Origin: Thermodesulfobacteriota bacterium
GTDB lineage: Bacteria; Desulfobacterota; Desulfobacteria; Desulfobacterales; SURF-7
Direction of reading: 5' to 3'
DNA: 64,000 nucleotides
Assembly: GCA_049320885.1 (NCBI GenBank)
Contig: JBMORA010000017.1
Span: 32,001 to 96,000 of the forward strand
Positions 60,940 through 64,000 of the stretch are shown here, piece after piece; position 1 is the first letter of the stretch; each line of letters starts with the position of its first letter. The position numbers and the translations under genes are program-made. Below the pieces are notes generated by a model. That model had not been told where the DNA came from, did no database searches, and saw only the letters and a program-made list of their open reading frames with translations.

Positions 60940-61341
60940 TCCGGGTGCCTGCCTGGAACCCGGTGCCAGGTCAAACCACTTCCCACCAGGGGACCGCAAA
61001 GACGTCCTCGGAAAGCGTTTGCGCCTTGTCAACCGCGCATATCATGAGACCTTTACTTATGATACCAACACGTATCAAAATTTGAGGTAGACAGAAAGAA
61101 ATACCACTTCCCAACCATCCAGAGGTATGGTCTCCGTTACTCCGCGCGTCGATGCTTCCGTGGCGCGAAATGTTCCTTCTTTGGCATCCGCCGGTATAGC
61201 CATATTTCAGCCGATGGGTATGATGGGGCCTGTCATCCGACAGAGGATGGATAGCCCCCGCTGCCCGGTTTTTCCCGGGAGAAGGGAAGGCCCTGCCGGT
61301 TGTCGGAAGAGCATGGGACGGGATGAAAAAGGAGGAACCAT

Positions 61342-62583
61342 ATGGCTTTGGGAAAATACGCGGTGGATTATGAGGAGAGGGTGAATTACGACCGCCTGCG
61401 GCGGGAGCGGTTGGAACGGGCCAGGGCGCAGCTGAACGAGGCCGGGGTCGGGGCGCTCGTGACCTGGGACGAGGCCAATATCCGCTACCTGACCGGGTAT
61501 TACGTCACCACCCCCATGCGGCCGGCCGAAATTCAATGCGTGTTCCTGCCCAGAAACGGGGGCCCCGTGCTGTTCGGCGGCGGAACCCCTAAGGAGACGG
61601 AGCGGCGGATGCCCTGGATGCGGGGGCGGGTGCGGCCCACGGTGTCGGCCTTCAAACTCAATGCTCTGGATGCGGACGATATTTCCGTGCGGGTGTTCGT
61701 GGACGCCATGGGCCGGCTGATGGCGGAAACCGGTGTGGAAAAGGAGCCCCTGGGCATCGACGGCACCACCTGCGGCCTCCTGCTGGACCGGGCTTTCCGC
61801 AAGGCCGGAATCGAAACGGTCCACGGCAAGCCCCTCTTGGACAAGGCGCGCATGATCAAGACAACGGATGAAATCGAACTCATGCGGATCACCTGCGGAA
61901 ACGCCGAGTCCGCTTTCGCGGCCATCGCCGACGCCATCCGTCCCGGGATCCGCGAATGCGATCTGGTCGGCATCGGCATTCAGGCCCTCTATCGGGAAGG
62001 CGCCGATCATACCGAGGACCTGGTCTGCTGTTCCGGATACAACACCAATCCCTACGGATGGTCCTTCACCGACAAGCCCCTGCGGCCCGGCGATCTCGTC
62101 TATATCGATGTGGACGGCAATTCCTACCAGGGTTACAAATCCTGCGTGTACCGGACATTCTGCTGCGGGAAAGCCACCACCGAACAGAAAGAGCTCTATG
62201 CGGAATGCCTGGAGATGCTTTACGGCGCCATCGCTATCCTCCGGGACGGGGTCACCGACCATGAGATCCTGGAAAAATGGCCCCAGTCACCGTCTTACTG
62301 GGGATATGATTCCTGGGAGGAGGTGTCGCCCTATGTGTTCGGACACGGGATCGGCCTCAGTCTGCATGACCCGCCGGTGATCAGTCCGCTGCGGAAGGCC
62401 TACGGCCTTCCGCCTGTGACCTTGCGGCAGGGCATGGTCATCGCTCTGGAAACCTATGCCGGCCATAAAGGCGGAAAAGACGGGGTGCGGTTGGAGGAGA
62501 ACGTCCTCATCACCAGGGACGGCTATGAAGTCCTGTCTCGCTGGCCGGTAAAGGAGTTGATGGAATGCTGGTTGCCGTATTAA
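61342..62583 (+). CDS. M24 (creatinase/Xaa-Pro peptidase fold) enzyme with an atypical metal ligand
   Basis: NIRYLTG, RMIKT.DEI, IDVD, GHGIG, LET, RLEE; second Asp position reads Cys (YKSCVYRT). Confidence 0.88.
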   Translation: MALGKYAVDYEERVNYDRLRRERLERARAQLNEAGVGALVTWDEANIRYLTGYYVTTPMRPAEIQCVFLPRNGGPVLFGGGTPKETERRMPWMRGRVRPTVSAFKLNALDADDISVRVFVDAMGRLMAETGVEKEPLGIDGTTCGLLLDRAFRKAGIETVHGKPLLDKARMIKTTDEIELMRITCGNAESAFAAIADAIRPGIRECDLVGIGIQALYREGADHTEDLVCCSGYNTNPYGWSFTDKPLRPGDLVYIDVDGNSYQGYKSCVYRTFCCGKATTEQKELYAECLEMLYGAIAILRDGVTDHEILEKWPQSPSYWGYDSWEEVSPYVFGHGIGLSLHDPPVISPLRKAYGLPPVTLRQGMVIALETYAGHKGGKDGVRLEENVLITRDGYEVLSRWPVKELMECWLPY

Positions 62584-62607
62584 CATGAAAATATTTCGGG
62601 AGGCGGT

Positions 62608-63882
62608 ATGACGGAAAAATCCATCGTGTCCATTGCAAAGGGCTTTGACGCAAGGCAGGCGGTGCGCCAGGCCATTGAAAACCTGGGGGGTATCCGGCGT
62701 TTCGTGAAACCCGACACGGTAGTGGTGATCAAACCCAATGCCGGCCATGAAGGCCCGCCGGAAAGCGCCATCAACACCAGCCCGGAAATAGTCGGGGCCG
62801 TGATCCGGGAGGTCAGGCAGGCCGGGCCGCGCAAAATTATTCTGGCCGAGAGTTCCGCCATCGGATGCGACACCATGGCCTGCCTGAAATCCAGCGGCAT
62901 CAAGAAAGCGGCGGAGGAAGCGGGCGTCGACGAAATCCGCGACATCAAAACCGAAAAGGACCTGGTAAAGAAGGAAATCGAACATCCGACTTCGTCCATC
63001 ACTTCCGTGGAACTGCCGCGCTTCCTGCTGGAGGCCGACCACATGATCAACGTGCCGATTTTCAAGTCCCATGTGAGCATGGTCTTTTCCTGCGCCCTGA
63101 AGAACCTGAAGGGCGTGGTCCAGGATATCCATCATTTCGTCATGCACACCACCAACCTGGCCGCGGCCATGATGGATCTGGGCGCGGTGTTCAAGCCGGA
63201 TCTCACCGTGGCCGACATGATCCGCCCCATGGAAGGATTCGGGCCCCATTCGGGAACGCCGGTGGATTTCGGCGTGGTGCTGGCCGGCGTCGACATGGTG
63301 GCGGTGGATGCCACGGCCTGCCGGCTGGCCGGGTTGGATGTGGGCAAGGTGGACTATTTCAGGGCCGCCGGGGAAAAGGGGCTGGGCGTCTTTGATGCCG
63401 ACCGGATCGAAATCCGCGGCGGCTGTATCGAGGAAATGCAAAAACCCTTGTATCTGCCGTATCTCCAGGGGTTCAACGCCTGGCCGGAATATCATTTCCA
63501 TGTGAACATGGCCTGCAGCACCTGCCAGGGACTGGCGGCCTTCACCATGGAGCGGCTCAAGGCCCTGGGGGAATACGAAAAGAACCAGGGCCTGCACATC
63601 GTCCTGGGGCGGCACGCGAAAATCCCCCCGGGCGTTGCATTCGGCGACCGGCTCATCCTCCACGGCGACTGCACCCTGGGGTTGAAGAAGAAAATCGAAA
63701 AAGCCGGCGGGACCTGCCTGCATGTAGCGGGATGTCCGCCCCTGGAATCCTTCCCGGTTTGGACCATCATGGACCGGCAGGAGCAGCCGTCGGAGCGGGC
63801 CAGCCGGGAGCGGCATGTGGCGGAAGACGCGATCTTCAGAGAATGGCTGAAAGCACGCCATCGCAATGAATGGGCGCTGTGA
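62608..63882 (+). CDS. DUF362-family Fe-S protein with a Cys-containing C-terminal domain
   Basis: IKPN, NVPIFKSH, ALKNLKG, DMVAVD, ACSTC..GDC..GCPP. Confidence 0.85.
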   Translation: MTEKSIVSIAKGFDARQAVRQAIENLGGIRRFVKPDTVVVIKPNAGHEGPPESAINTSPEIVGAVIREVRQAGPRKIILAESSAIGCDTMACLKSSGIKKAAEEAGVDEIRDIKTEKDLVKKEIEHPTSSITSVELPRFLLEADHMINVPIFKSHVSMVFSCALKNLKGVVQDIHHFVMHTTNLAAAMMDLGAVFKPDLTVADMIRPMEGFGPHSGTPVDFGVVLAGVDMVAVDATACRLAGLDVGKVDYFRAAGEKGLGVFDADRIEIRGGCIEEMQKPLYLPYLQGFNAWPEYHFHVNMACSTCQGLAAFTMERLKALGEYEKNQGLHIVLGRHAKIPPGVAFGDRLILHGDCTLGLKKKIEKAGGTCLHVAGCPPLESFPVWTIMDRQEQPSERASRERHVAEDAIFREWLKARHRNEWAL

Positions 63883-63980
63883 TGCTTGACATCTGATGTT
63901 TGATGATTTATCAATATGACAAAGCATCCGGCCCCATGGAACCGTATTACAGCTCATGAAAGAATCATCGGGAGACGCCC

Positions 63981-64000
63981 ATGCGAACGACAATCGATAT
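63981..64000 (+). CDS. Start of a possible VapB-like antitoxin (truncated by window)
   Basis: RBS GGGAG then MRTTID, a typical RHH antitoxin N-terminus; TTGACA at 63886. Only 6 codons are visible. Confidence 0.4.

Overview
GC-rich bacterial chromosomal window with about 50 CDS. An anaerobic Desulfobacterota-like host is inferred from gene content only. I saw no rRNA, tRNA, CRISPR array or integrase/transposase. (1) 1-16.8 kb: signalling and envelope genes (Cache-HAMP-GAF-HD-GYP phosphodiesterase, K+ channel, GH63-like glucosidase, outer-membrane barrels and lipoproteins, Fic protein, SBP, MscS). (2) 16.9-20.7 kb: AT-rich accessory patch with a decayed two-cassette integron remnant (GNAT with attC; TA cassette whose toxin has collapsed), HicBA and a PIN-type TA pair. 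(3) 23.2-40.1 kb, the most notable part: a minus-strand anaerobic catabolic cluster. It encodes an IslA-clade glycyl radical enzyme with a remodelled active site, a split aconitase X, a PfkA-fold protein with rewritten catalytic motifs, the radical-SAM activase, an AspT/YidE antiporter, carbonic anhydrase and two more transporters, next to a NarL-type two-component system with a candidate tandem operator. (4) 40-52 kb: lipid/envelope cluster (AsmA-like, Cti, CxxCH-TolB-like, DUF4105, alpha/beta hydrolase). (5) 52-64 kb: a membrane Cache-Schlafen(AlbA_2) fusion, an amidase fragment, FecR-OmpA-CHASE2 kinase, and AraC-M24-DUF362. All family calls come from motif recognition and remembered reference sequences; no database search was run.
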